DNA of 64,000 nucleotides from NCBI GenBank assembly GCA_035439005.1, contig DAORJJ010000001.1:182-64181 (forward strand), read 5' to 3'. The stretch comes from Polyangiaceae bacterium (GTDB lineage: Bacteria > Myxococcota_A > Polyangia > Polyangiales > Polyangiaceae). The notes under the pieces are model-generated. The model saw only the letters and a list, made by a program, of their open reading frames with translations, was not told the origin of the DNA and did not search any database. The position numbers were made by a program, and so were the translations under genes. Shown piece by piece: positions 9,561 to 20,390 of the stretch (its first letter is position 1; every line of letters starts with the position of its first letter).

Positions 9561-9666
9561 GGCGCCTCGCTCGCCCACGGCCATCGTCCATCGCCGATGG
9601 CCAAAGACGAGTCCTCCTGTCCGTGATCCGCCGCGTCTCCGCGCGCCCCCCGAGGCCCTGCCCCCG

Positions 9667-10777
9667 ATGACCCACGCCAAGGCCGGGCTGCTCGGCAAGC
9701 TCTCGTTCCTGGATCGCGGCCTGACGCTGTGGATCTTCGCGGCCATGGGCCTCGGCGTCGGGCTCGGGTTCGTCGCGCCGGGCTTCACCACGGCGCTGAA
9801 CAAGATGAGCGTGGGCACGACGTCGATCCCCATCGCGGTCGGCCTCGTGCTCATGATGTATCCGCCGCTCGCGAAGGTCCGCTACGAGGAGCTCGGGAAG
9901 GTCTTCCGCGACAAGCGGGTCCTCGCGCTCTCGCTCGTGCAGAACTGGGTCATCGGGCCGCTCTTGATGTTCGGGCTCGCGGTCGTGTTCCTCCGCGACA
10001 AGCCCGAGTACATGCTGGGCCTCATCCTCATCGGGCTCGCGCGCTGCATCGCGATGGTCATCGTCTGGAACGACCTCGCCAAGGGCGACACCGAGTACTG
10101 CGCCGGCCTCGTCGCCCTCAACTCGATCTTCCAGGTGCTGTTCTTCTCGGTCTACGCGTACTTCTTCGCCACCCTGCTGCCGACCTGGCTTGGGCTCGAG
10201 GGCGCGATCGTGCACGTCGGCATCGGCGAGATCGCCAAGAGCGTCGCCATCTACCTCGGCGTGCCCTTCGCCGCAGGGTTCCTCACGCGGCGGCTGCTCG
10301 TCCGCGCGAAGGGCCGCGACTGGTACGAGAAGACCTTCGTGCCGCGCATCAGCCCCGTCACGCTGGTCTCCCTGCTGTTCACCATCGTGGTGATGTTCTC
10401 GCTGAAGGGCGAGGCGATCGTTCAGCTCCCGCTCGACGTCGTCCGCGTCGCCGTCCCGCTGCTCATCTACTTCGTGGTGATGTTCGCCGTGTCGTTCTTC
10501 ATGAGCCGGCGGGTCGGCGCGAGCTACCCGCAGACCGCGACGCTCTCCTTCACCGCCGCGTCCAACAACTTCGAGCTCGCCATCGCCGTCGCCATCGCGA
10601 GCTTCGGCATCCACAGCGGCGCCGCCTTCGCGGCGGTCATCGGCCCGCTGGTCGAGGTGCCCGTGCTGATCGGCCTCGTGAACGTCGCGCTCTGGGGGCA
10701 GCGGCGCTTCTTCCCGAACACTCCGCTCGAGATCGCGGCGCCCGCGTGCGCGACCGACGCGGCGCGAGGACCTGACC

Positions 10778-10785
<8 letters not shown>
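9667..10785 (+). CDS. acr3: ACR3-family arsenite efflux transporter
   Basis: 372-aa polytopic membrane protein. [20 protein letters not shown]...[15 protein letters not shown]...[12 protein letters not shown] are ACR3 signatures. Confidence 0.9.
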
Positions 10786-11647
<862 letters not shown>

Positions 11648-11719
11648 CGGACCGCGGGGGCCGCGGCGCCTCTCCGCGCGATTGACGCGTGCAACGTGCG
11701 TATCCCATAGTTGCATGTC

Positions 11720-12706
11720 ATGGAATCGCACGATCTCGGGCTCCTGGTCTCGCTCGACGCCCTCCTCCAGGAGGGCAGCGTCACCGGAGCGGCGCGCCGC
11801 GTCGGCCTCTCGACCCCCGCGATGAGCCACGCGCTCGCGCGGATCCGCGAGCGGCTCGCCGATCCGATCCTCGTGCGGTCCGGGCGCGGCATGTTGCTCA
11901 CGCCGCGCGCCATCGCGCTCAAGGCGCAGGTCCACACGGTGGTGACCGAGGCGCGGCGCGCGTTGGAGCCGGAGCGCCCGTTCGTGCCCAGCGAGCTCGA
12001 GCGCACCTTCGTGGTGCACGCGACCGACTACGTGCTCTCCGTGCTCGGCGCCGCGGTCGATCGCCTCCTGCGGGAGGAGGCGCCGAGGGTGTGCGTGCGG
12101 TTCGTGCCCAACACGCCCGACGATCCCGCGCTCCTCCGAGACCAGGGCTCGGACCTCGCCGTGGGCATCTACGGCGAGCTGCCGCAGGAGATGCGGCACC
12201 GCCAGCTGCTCACCGATCGCTTCGTGTGCGTCGTGCGCCGCGGGCACCCGTGCACGCGACGGCGCTTCACGCTGGGGCAGTTCGTCGCGCTCCCCCACCT
12301 CCAGGTCGCCCCCCGCGGCAAGCCCGGCGGCTACCTCGACGACGTGCTCGCGGCCCGGGGCATGTCGCGCACCGTCGCGCGCGCCGTGCCCCACTTCCTC
12401 ACGGCGCTGCACCTCGCCGCCGAGACCGACTACGTGCTCACGATCTCCGAGCGCATCGCGAGGCGCTTCGCGGCGCCGCTCGCGCTCACGCTGCTCGAGG
12501 TGCCGGTGAAGCTCCGGCCCTACGCGCTCAGCCTCGTCTGGCACCCGCGCATGGACGGGGACGCCGCGCACCAGTTCCTCCGCGAGGTCTTCCTGCGCGC
12601 CGCGCGGGAGGCCGCCGGCGATCGCCACGAGGCGCCGCGCACGCGCCTCGACGCGACGGACCCCACCTCCGGCCAGACGCGCAAGCGGCGCAAGCGCGCT
12701 CCGTAG
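11720..12706 (+). CDS. LysR-family transcriptional regulator
   Basis: The HTH is LVSLDALLQEGSVTGAARRVGLSTPAMSHALARIR. The C-terminal part is a substrate-binding domain. The start is set to the ATG at 11720. Confidence 0.8.
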   Translation: MESHDLGLLVSLDALLQEGSVTGAARRVGLSTPAMSHALARIRERLADPILVRSGRGMLLTPRAIALKAQVHTVVTEARRALEPERPFVPSELERTFVVHATDYVLSVLGAAVDRLLREEAPRVCVRFVPNTPDDPALLRDQGSDLAVGIYGELPQEMRHRQLLTDRFVCVVRRGHPCTRRRFTLGQFVALPHLQVAPRGKPGGYLDDVLAARGMSRTVARAVPHFLTALHLAAETDYVLTISERIARRFAAPLALTLLEVPVKLRPYALSLVWHPRMDGDAAHQFLREVFLRAAREAAGDRHEAPRTRLDATDPTSGQTRKRRKRAP

Positions 12707-12815
12707 TTGCAGCGTTTGCAACTCTTGATTCATTACTGTCGCGTTGCCGGTGGTGTGCGCCGGCTCGATAGTTGTTTGCGCCAGGACATCCCGTCCCCCC
12801 AAAGGAGCGAACGAC

Positions 12816-13586
12816 ATGAGCCTCAGAGACGCAAACCCCTCGAGCAAGAGCAAGCCCAAGCGCGTCGCGATCGTCATCGCGAACCCGACGACCTCCACCA
12901 CGACCGGGTGGCCCGTGGGCTTCTGGTGGTCGGAGCTGACGCACCCGTACTTCGCGTTCCACGAGGCGGGGTACGAGGTCGAGCTCTTCAGCCCCGCGGG
13001 CGGCAAGTGCGAGGCGGACGGCATGTCCGACCCGCGCGACGCGAGCGGCTACTCGGCCTCCGACCTCATCAGCATGGGCTTCCTCCACACCCCGAGCCTC
13101 GCCTCGCTCGTCGAGAACACGCGGCCCGTCTCGGAGATCGACGTCGCGCGCTTCGACGCGCTGGTGGTCGCCGGGGGCCAGGCGCCGATGTTCAGCTTCG
13201 AGGGGGCCACGGGGCTCCACCAGAAGTTCGTGGAGTTCTACGAGGCCGGAAAGATCGCCAGCGCGCTCTGCCACGGCGTGGCGCTCTTGCGGTACGCGAG
13301 GCTCTCGAGCGGCGAGCTGCTCGCGAAGGGCAAGACGGTCACAGGGTTCGCGAACGTCGAGGAGGACTTCGCCGACGAGGCCGTGTGGGGCATGGGCGCG
13401 CTGCCGAGGGACAAGCACCTCATGCCCTGGCGCATCGAAGACGAGCTCAGGCGGCTCGGCGCGAACTTCGTGCAGGCGGGCATGTGGCGCGGCTTCGCCG
13501 TGCGCGACGGCAACCTCATCACCGGCCAGCAGAACTTCTCGGGCACCGAGACCGCGAACCTCATCATCGAGACCCTCGGCCGCTGA
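12816..13586 (+). CDS. DJ-1/PfpI-family (type 1 glutamine amidotransferase-like) protein
   Basis: The ATG at 12816 is preceded by AAAGGAG. It has VAIVIANP..., FDALVVAGGQ, and the nucleophile elbow ALCHG. Confidence 0.8.
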   Translation: MSLRDANPSSKSKPKRVAIVIANPTTSTTTGWPVGFWWSELTHPYFAFHEAGYEVELFSPAGGKCEADGMSDPRDASGYSASDLISMGFLHTPSLASLVENTRPVSEIDVARFDALVVAGGQAPMFSFEGATGLHQKFVEFYEAGKIASALCHGVALLRYARLSSGELLAKGKTVTGFANVEEDFADEAVWGMGALPRDKHLMPWRIEDELRRLGANFVQAGMWRGFAVRDGNLITGQQNFSGTETANLIIETLGR

Positions 13587-13616
13587 GCGCGGCCCCACCG
13601 AGCAGGAGCCCGCGCC

Positions 13617-14507
13617 ATGGCCACGGACGCGATCACGCACAGAGCGCTCGTCGACGCGTACTTCGACGGATGGAATGCCCACGACGCCGCGGCGGTCGCG
13701 CGCACGTTCGCCCCGCAGGGCACGTACGAGGACCCGACGACCGCCGGCGCGGTCCCGGGCGCGGACATCGCGCGCGTCGTCGCGCCGCTCTGCGCCGCCT
13801 TCCCCGATCTCGCGTTCGAGCGCTCCGCGCCGGTCGGGCATGGGGAGCGCTACGCGGTCGAGTGGGTCATGCGCGGGCACAACCGCGGCCCGCTCGGCCC
13901 GGGCCTCCTCCCCACCGAGCGGCCGGTCGCGCTGCGCGGGGTGGACGTCTTCGAGGTGGGCGACGACGGCCTCCGCGCGGTCCGCGGGTACTTCGACCAG
14001 AAGGCGTTCGTCGAGAGCTTCGGGCTCATGGCGCTCGTGCAGCCGGTCGAGCAGGGCGCCGCGACGTACGGCTACTCGATGCGCGTCGCGTCGGGGAACC
14101 CCAAGCCCCCGGGCGTGGTCGCGCTCACGTGGATTCAGGGCGCCAGCGAGGCGGAGAAGGAGCGCATCCGCGCGCACGCGCGCGACAACGTGCGGGACTT
14201 CCTGGCGGAGCCCGGGTTCATCTCGATCGTCACGGGGTTCACGGGGCTGCGAGGCTTCACGGTGACGGCCTGGGAGGACGAGGCGTCGATGAAGCGCGCG
14301 CTCTCCAAGCACCACGCTGTGGCGATGAGGGAGCTCTTCAGCGAGAACTTCGTCGCCTCGGTGTGGACGAGCGTGTGGACGCCGACGCGCATGAACCGGC
14401 TCTGGGTCCGCTGCCCCGCGTGCGGCTCCCTCGAGGACGTGAACGACGACCACAGGAGCTGCAGCAAGTGCAGCGCCCCGATGCCCGAGCGCCCCGCGTT
14501 CTGGTGA
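13617..14507 (+). CDS. SnoaL-like/ester-cyclase domain protein with C-terminal ABM-like domain and zinc ribbon
   Basis: The N-terminal part, LVDAYFDGWNAHDAAAV...YEDP, is NTF2/SnoaL-like. The C-terminus carries CPACG...CSKC. Confidence 0.55.
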   Translation: MATDAITHRALVDAYFDGWNAHDAAAVARTFAPQGTYEDPTTAGAVPGADIARVVAPLCAAFPDLAFERSAPVGHGERYAVEWVMRGHNRGPLGPGLLPTERPVALRGVDVFEVGDDGLRAVRGYFDQKAFVESFGLMALVQPVEQGAATYGYSMRVASGNPKPPGVVALTWIQGASEAEKERIRAHARDNVRDFLAEPGFISIVTGFTGLRGFTVTAWEDEASMKRALSKHHAVAMRELFSENFVASVWTSVWTPTRMNRLWVRCPACGSLEDVNDDHRSCSKCSAPMPERPAFW

Positions 14508-14573
14508 CGACGCGAGCGGAGCGGGGGTGTCGACCGGCGCCGCAGAGTGCCCAAGAGTGGTAAGACCCGCCTC

Positions 14574-15161
14574 ATGGGACTCCTGACCTTCAGCATCAAC
14601 GTCACGCTGGACGGCTGCCTCGACCACCGGGAGGGGATCGCCGACGACGAGACCCACGCCTTCTTCACCCGCCTCATGGACGAGGGCGGGGCGATGCTCT
14701 GGGGCCGGGCCACGTACGAGCTGATGGAAGAGTACTGGCCGGCGGTCGCCCGCGGCGACGTGGAGGCGCCGCCGGCGCTGCGCGAGTGGGCGGTCAAGCT
14801 CGAGGCCAAGCCGAAGTACGTCGTGTCGACGACGCGGACGCACTTCCCGTGGGCCAACACTCACGCCCTCGCCACGCACGCCCTCGCCGCTCACGCCCTC
14901 GGCGGTGAGCTGCGCGAGGGCGTACAGCGCCTCAAAGACGCGACCCCGGCCGGCGTGCTCCTCGGGAGCGGCAAGCTCGCGGTCGCGCTGGAGCGCCTGG
15001 AGCTGATTGACGAGTACCGCTTGCTCGTTCACCCCAGGATCGCCGGCCACGGCCCGACACTGTACGAGGCCGGACTGCCCAGCACGCGGAGGCTCGAGCT
15101 GCTCTCGGCGACGCCGCTCCGGAACGGCGCGGTGGCGATGCACTACCGGCGCGCGGGGTGA
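14574..15161 (+). CDS. dihydrofolate-reductase-family (RibD C-terminal domain) protein
   Basis: LLTFSINVTLDGC...GRATYELM...KYVVSTT...LLGSGKLAVALERLELIDEYRLLVHP fits the RibD_C pattern. It contains an in-frame 3 x 15-bp tandem repeat. Confidence 0.7.
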   Translation: MGLLTFSINVTLDGCLDHREGIADDETHAFFTRLMDEGGAMLWGRATYELMEEYWPAVARGDVEAPPALREWAVKLEAKPKYVVSTTRTHFPWANTHALATHALAAHALGGELREGVQRLKDATPAGVLLGSGKLAVALERLELIDEYRLLVHPRIAGHGPTLYEAGLPSTRRLELLSATPLRNGAVAMHYRRAG

Positions 15162-15185
15162 GGGGGCCGACCTGAGCGCGCGCCC

Positions 15186-15734
15186 TCACTTGCAGTAGCC
15201 GTAGCGCGCGTCTTCGCCGGCGATGCACGTGCCCGAGGCGCACACGGGCGCGGTCAGATCGCACAGCACGATCGCGGGGGCGGCGCACGAGGTCGGCGCG
15301 ACGCAGTCGACCCGCGTGAACTCGGGCGGCGCCCCGCCGTCGTCGAGGCGCCGGAAGGCGCAGCACACCGCGCCGCCGACGCAGCTCGCGGAGGACGTGC
15401 AGCCGACGATCACCCCGCCGCCCTTGCAGCCGCCCGCGCGCGCCTCGCACGCCGTGTCGTCGGGGTACAGGAAGGCCGTCGTGCTCGTGCAGCACATCTG
15501 GTCGGCGGCGCACGCGCCGGCGCCGCAGGTGAAGCTCGGCCGCGCCGCGTCCGCGCCGGCGTCGCGAGGGGCGCTGGCGTCGAGCGGGGCGCTGGCGTCG
15601 GCGGGGGTGCTGGCGTCGGTCGGCGTGACCGTGGCACCGCCGTCGTCGCTCTTTCGCGCGACGGGTTCGTCGCCCGTGCAGGCGAACAACACAAACGCGA
15701 CGGTCCACGCGGCGGCGGCGCTCGAAGCCCTCAT
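15186..15734 (-). CDS. secreted Cys-rich lipoprotein
   Basis: The internal ATG at 15732-15734 gives MRASSAAAAWTVAFVLFAC (lipobox). The mature part has 18 Cys. The longer track ORF is an Arg-rich extension. Confidence 0.5.
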   Translation of the reverse strand: MRASSAAAAWTVAFVLFACTGDEPVARKSDDGGATVTPTDASTPADASAPLDASAPRDAGADAARPSFTCGAGACAADQMCCTSTTAFLYPDDTACEARAGGCKGGGVIVGCTSSASCVGGAVCCAFRRLDDGGAPPEFTRVDCVAPTSCAAPAIVLCDLTAPVCASGTCIAGEDARYGYCK

Positions 15735-15876
15735 GAGGCGATGTTCGCACGCCGGCCCGCCGAGCGCGACGGCTCCGCGTTGGGCGCTCGTTCGATGTCT
15801 CCGTCCGGGCGCGTGGGGCGTCGGCGACCCGCCGCCCCAGATGCCGAGAGTGCGAGCGTGTGTCCGCGACGACGCT

Positions 15877-16773
15877 TCAGCGCTGCTCGGCTGCCCACGC
15901 GTCGAAGTAGGCGACCGCGCGGTCGATGAAGAGGCGCATGGGTGGGGGCATGAACTCGCGATCCACGAACACGAGGTTGAGGGGAGTCTCGGAGCCGACG
16001 ACGTCCTCGAGCACGGGGACGAGGGTCCCCTTTCGAAGCTGCTTGTAGACCGCGCCTTTGGGCAACAGCGCCAGCCCGAGCCCCCTCTCCGCGGCGGAGA
16101 TGGTGAGGTCGAGCGCGCTGGTCGCGAACCGAGCAAACACGGGCGTCGAGCCTCCGCTCAACAGTGGCCACGCCGAGACGGGGTTCTCGCCGCCGCCAAA
16201 GCCGACGATGCAGTCGTGTTCGGCGAGGGCGGCGGCGCGGCGCGGTGTCCCGCGTCGCTCGAGGTACGCCGGCGAGGCGACCGCCAGCGAATGCGTGGAC
16301 CACAGGTGGCGCACGACCAACGACTCGTTCGCGACGCGGCCGAAGCGAATGGCGACGTCGATCCCCTCGGCGACGAGATCGACGTGGCGTGGAGTCAGGC
16401 TCACTTGGAGGCGGACGAAAGGGAACTCCTCGGCGAAGCGCACGAAGAGCCCCGCGTGCGCCATCCGGTCATCGGGGACCGAGACGCGCAGCGAGCCCCG
16501 GGGCACGTCGTCGAGCAGGCGGACCGCCTCGAGGGCCGCGCGCGCCTCCGAGACCACCCGGCTCGCGCGACCGTAGAGCTCCTCGCCCGCGGGCGTGAGG
16601 ACCAGGCGGCGCGTCTGTCGGTGCATGAGCCGCACGCCGAGCTCGGTCTCGAGGGCGGAGAGGCGCCGGCTCAGGCTCGTTCGCTGGAGCTGCAGCGCCC
16701 GCGCCGCCTCGGAGACGCTGCCGGCGTCGACGATCGCCACGAACTCGCAGAGCCGATCCAGGCTGGGGTTCAT
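15877..16773 (-). CDS. LysR-family transcriptional regulator
   Basis: The HTH is LCEFVAIVDAGSVSEAARALQLQRTSLSRRLSALE. It is divergent from the NmrA-GST-pirin-QOR operon. Confidence 0.8.
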   Translation of the reverse strand: MNPSLDRLCEFVAIVDAGSVSEAARALQLQRTSLSRRLSALETELGVRLMHRQTRRLVLTPAGEELYGRASRVVSEARAALEAVRLLDDVPRGSLRVSVPDDRMAHAGLFVRFAEEFPFVRLQVSLTPRHVDLVAEGIDVAIRFGRVANESLVVRHLWSTHSLAVASPAYLERRGTPRRAAALAEHDCIVGFGGGENPVSAWPLLSGGSTPVFARFATSALDLTISAAERGLGLALLPKGAVYKQLRKGTLVPVLEDVVGSETPLNLVFVDREFMPPPMRLFIDRAVAYFDAWAAEQR

Positions 16774-16861
16774 CTGTGCTTCCATCGCGCAGGTGGTGTG
16801 CAATTAGCACGACTTGTGCTGCCAGGACACATCTTTAGGATGCACTCGAGGAGAGCACCCC

Positions 16862-17776
16862 ATGACGGATTCGAGACCCATCATCGTTGTTTTCGGCGCC
16901 ACGGGACGGCAGGGAGGTGGCGTCGTCCGCGCCCTCCGGGCCCAGGGGAAATTCCGAGTGCGCGCCGTGAGCCGAGACCGAGCCCGGGCCGCGAGGCTCG
17001 AGGCGGACGAGGTCGTCGCCGCGGACCTGACGGCGCCGGAGACGTTGGTCGCGGCGTTCGCGGGCGCACACGGCGCCTTCGTCGTCACGAACTTCTGGGA
17101 GGGGCCCGGAGTCGATGAGCTCGCGCAAGCGAAGGCGGCTGTCGAGGCCGCGAAGGCCGCCGGCGTGAAGCACTTCGTCTGGTCGACGCTGCCGAACGTG
17201 GAGAAGATCTCGGGCGGGAAGTTCGATGCCAAACACTTCACGCAGAAGGCGAAGGTGGACGCGCTGGTGAGCGACGCGGGCTTCCCGCGGCACACCTTCG
17301 TGGAGGCACCGATGTATTTCCAGAACCTGGCTGGCCAGATGGGCGCGCAGCCCCAGGGGGACGGGAGCAAGCTCTGGGCGATGCCGATGGCGGCCGACGC
17401 CCGCGTGATGCACCTGGGGGATGTGGGTGAGCTCGGCGACGTCGTGGCCGGGGCCTTCGCGAACCCCGAGCGCGTCGGGAGTGGTCAACACCTCTCGCTG
17501 GCGGGCGACCTCTTGAGCTGGAACGACATCGTCCGGACTCTCAACGAGCAGGGCCACAACGTCCGCTTCCAGACGGTGCCGGGTGAGGCGTTCGACCAGT
17601 TCTTCCCGGGGGCCCCGGAGCTCCGACAGATGATGAACTACTTCGAAGCGCACACGTACTTCGGGCCCGACGCCGAGGCGAAGATCGCGCTGGCCAAGGA
17701 GGTGGCGCTCGCGCCGCCCACCTCGTTCGCCGAGTGGGCGCGCGCCAACATGCCGGCAGAGCAGAGGCCGCGATGA
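16862..17776 (+). CDS. NmrA-family NAD(P)-binding protein
   Basis: IIVVFGATGRQGGGVV is a Rossmann GxxGxxG motif, and KHFVWSTL...KHFTQKAKVD follows the NmrA layout. Confidence 0.8.
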   Translation: MTDSRPIIVVFGATGRQGGGVVRALRAQGKFRVRAVSRDRARAARLEADEVVAADLTAPETLVAAFAGAHGAFVVTNFWEGPGVDELAQAKAAVEAAKAAGVKHFVWSTLPNVEKISGGKFDAKHFTQKAKVDALVSDAGFPRHTFVEAPMYFQNLAGQMGAQPQGDGSKLWAMPMAADARVMHLGDVGELGDVVAGAFANPERVGSGQHLSLAGDLLSWNDIVRTLNEQGHNVRFQTVPGEAFDQFFPGAPELRQMMNYFEAHTYFGPDAEAKIALAKEVALAPPTSFAEWARANMPAEQRPR

Positions 17777-18399
17777 CGACGACCCTCTTCTTCCGCCCCG
17801 GGAGCTGCGCCCTGGCGCCGCACACGGTCCTGAAGTGGACGGGGCTCCCCCACCAGGTCAAGAAGGCCGCGCGCAACGACCCCGAGCTCCTCGCGATCAG
17901 CCCCGCGGGCGTGGTGCCGGCGCTCATCACGAGCGACGGCCGCCCGCTGACCCAATGCTCGGCGATCTTGCAGCACATCGCCCTGGCGGCGGGCCGCGCC
18001 GAGCTGCTGGGGGACGGCGACGCGGCCCGTCGAGACGAGGTCGCCATGTGGCTAGGGTTCTTCACCGGGGACTTCCACCCGAGCTTCTGGCCCTATTTCG
18101 CGCCGATGCAGTACCTCGATGAGGAGGGGGTGGAGCACCATCCCGCCGTGATCCGCGCCGCCCACAAGCTGATCGGCCGCGGCCTCTCCAAGCTCGACGC
18201 GCACCTGCGCGGTCGCGACCAGCTCGTCGGCAGCGAAAAGACGGTCGTCGACGCCTACGCGGTGCCGATGTTGCGCTGGGCGAAGGGCATCCGAGAGCTC
18301 GACTTCCAGGCGTACGAGCACGTCGCGCGCTTCTACCGAGGCATGGCGGAGGACGCGGGCGTGCGCGAAGCGATGGCGGAGCACGGGATCTCCCCATGA
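17773..18399 (+). CDS. glutathione S-transferase
   Basis: There is an ATGA overlap with the upstream stop. SPAGVVPAL...LTQCSAILQHI is a GST N-terminal motif, followed by an alpha-helical C-terminal domain. Confidence 0.75.
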   Translation: MTTTLFFRPGSCALAPHTVLKWTGLPHQVKKAARNDPELLAISPAGVVPALITSDGRPLTQCSAILQHIALAAGRAELLGDGDAARRDEVAMWLGFFTGDFHPSFWPYFAPMQYLDEEGVEHHPAVIRAAHKLIGRGLSKLDAHLRGRDQLVGSEKTVVDAYAVPMLRWAKGIRELDFQAYEHVARFYRGMAEDAGVREAMAEHGISP

Positions 18400-19247
18400 C
18401 CACGGCGGCTCGCGCGACAGGGAGCGTCTTTACCCAGCGAACGCGCGGACAGAAGATGGGGCCCATCACCCGCTTGATCTCGCCAGGCGATCGTCTCGCG
18501 GAGCGGCTGAAGCCGTTCGTCTTCCTCGACGCGGTGGACCTCCGCACGGGTGGACCGTTCAGGTTCGACTGGCATCCGCACTCCGGGATCGCGACGGTCA
18601 CCCTCCACTTCGAGGGCGAGTCGTGGACCGAGGAGTCGGACCAGAGCGTCCACGCGCTGCCGGCCGGCGGAGTGGAGTGGGTCTGCGCAGGCCAGGGCAT
18701 CTGGCACCGCGGCGGAGCGAAGGCAGGGAACGCCGTCCGCGGGTTTCAGCTCTGGTTGGCGTTGGGAGAAGACGAGGAGCTCCAGCCCAGCGCGTCCGCG
18801 ACCTTTCCGCCGGCCGAGCTCCCCACGAGCGGGGCCGTTCGGGTCGTTCTTGGCGAGTTCGACGGAATGCGGAGTCCCGTGCCCGCTCCGCCGCACGTGA
18901 CCTATCTGCAGGTCTCGCTCGAGGCCGGGCAGCAGGTCACGTTCGCGCCTCGCGCCGAAGACGCCGCGTTTCTCGCGGTCCTCCGAGGGGAGGTCGAGGT
19001 CCTCGGCGCGGGGTCGCGGGACTCCCTCGCAGGGCCGGAGCTTGGAGTGCTCGGGCCTTCCGAGGGCCCGGTCGTGGCGGTCGCGCGAGCGGCGACAGAG
19101 CTCGTCTATGGAGCAGCGCCACCGCATCCACACGACCTCATCCTCGGCAGGTACTCCGTGCACACGAGCGCCTCGGCGTTGAGGCGCGGAGAGGGCGAGA
19201 TCGAGAGGCTCCGGGCGGAGGGCCTCGGGGGGCAACGAAGACGCTAA
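18396..19247 (+). CDS. pirin-family protein
   Basis: There is an ATGA overlap with the GST stop. FDWHPHSGIATVTLHFEG is a cupin metal motif, followed by FQLWLAL. Confidence 0.8.
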   Translation: MTTAARATGSVFTQRTRGQKMGPITRLISPGDRLAERLKPFVFLDAVDLRTGGPFRFDWHPHSGIATVTLHFEGESWTEESDQSVHALPAGGVEWVCAGQGIWHRGGAKAGNAVRGFQLWLALGEDEELQPSASATFPPAELPTSGAVRVVLGEFDGMRSPVPAPPHVTYLQVSLEAGQQVTFAPRAEDAAFLAVLRGEVEVLGAGSRDSLAGPELGVLGPSEGPVVAVARAATELVYGAAPPHPHDLILGRYSVHTSASALRRGEGEIERLRAEGLGGQRRR

Positions 19248-19290
19248 TCCCAGACGCCCAGGTGACGTGCAGAGAAAGCTGAAGAGGAAC

Positions 19291-20271
19291 ATGCGAGCCA
19301 TCGTTGCGACACGGCCGGGCGGACCGGAGGTGAAGATCATCGAGACTCCGGAGCCCGATGCCGGTCCGGGCGAAGTGAAGATCAAGGTCCACGCCTTTGG
19401 GCTGAACAAAGCCGAGAGCTACTACCGCAGTGGCCACTACGGGATGATGAACTCGGGCCTCGCCCTGGGTTACGAGGCGGTGGGTGAGGTCGTCCACGAT
19501 CCGAGCGGCGTGTTGTCGCCGGGGCAGAGGGTGGCGACAGCCATGGGTGGCATGATGACCCAGCGTCACGGTGGCTATGCCGAGTTCATCACCGTCGGCG
19601 CGGGCAATGTGATCCCGATAACCAGCCGGCTCGAGGACGCCGAGCTCGCGGCGCTCCCCGAGGTGTACCTGACGGCGTGGGGCGCGCTTCAACGAAGCCT
19701 GCGGATCGCCCGAGGCCAGCACCTCTTGGTCCGCGGCGCGACGTCCAGCCTCGGGTTGGCCGCGGTGGCCTACGCGAAGATGCGAGGGCTCGCGACGATC
19801 GCGACGTCCCGCAGGCCTCAGGGGGTCGAGAGGCTGCAGGCCTTTGGCGCTGACCACGTCGTCCTCGACGACGGCCGGATTCGCGAGCGCGTGCGCGCGC
19901 TCCAGCCCCAGGGCGTGGAGCACGCGATGGAGATCGTGGGGGCGACGACGCTCGTGGACACGGCCAGCTGCCTCGAGCCTTGGGGAGAGGTCGTCGTGGT
20001 CGGGCTGTTGGGGGGCCCGCCTATCCTCAACAACTTCAACCTCATGATGGACGTCCCCAACGGGGCGAAGCTCAGCTTCTTCAACAGCCAGCTGCTGGGC
20101 TCCGAAGCCCTGCCCCTGACCGACGCCCCCCTCGACGCGATCGCGGACGAGGTGGCCGCGGGCCGCATTCCCTCCTCCCTGGCCAAGGTGTTCTCCTTCG
20201 CGGAGATCGAGGAGGCTCATCGTCTGCTCGACAGCGGAGAGGCCGGGGGCAAGATCGTCGTGACGATCTGA
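19291..20271 (+). CDS. zinc-type alcohol dehydrogenase / quinone oxidoreductase (MDR family)
   Basis: MRAIVATRPGGPEVKIIETPEPDAGPGEVKIKVHAFGLN, followed by LLVRGATSSLGLAAV (nucleotide-binding motif). Confidence 0.8.
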   Translation: MRAIVATRPGGPEVKIIETPEPDAGPGEVKIKVHAFGLNKAESYYRSGHYGMMNSGLALGYEAVGEVVHDPSGVLSPGQRVATAMGGMMTQRHGGYAEFITVGAGNVIPITSRLEDAELAALPEVYLTAWGALQRSLRIARGQHLLVRGATSSLGLAAVAYAKMRGLATIATSRRPQGVERLQAFGADHVVLDDGRIRERVRALQPQGVEHAMEIVGATTLVDTASCLEPWGEVVVVGLLGGPPILNNFNLMMDVPNGAKLSFFNSQLLGSEALPLTDAPLDAIADEVAAGRIPSSLAKVFSFAEIEEAHRLLDSGEAGGKIVVTI

Positions 20272-20390
20272 AGAGCGAGGCCCGCCACTCACACGCAGCG
20301 GTTACGGCTGTTCTCTTCCGAGGCCGGGAGGGCAAGAACACGTGGCTCTCGTCGGCGCTGTGGCGGCGCTCGGGCTCGATCGCTTCGCGC

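Noticed and set aside
6765-9854. Very long shadow ORFs, for example 6765-9854 (1029 aa), 58130-61276 (1048 aa), 10637-13024, 12528-15143, 2840-4903 and 42391-44523.
   Set aside because: Their translations are dominated by Arg/Ala/Gly/Pro runs. They lie antisense to, or out of frame with, genes that carry clear family motifs. This is the expected artefact of very high GC content with few stop codons.
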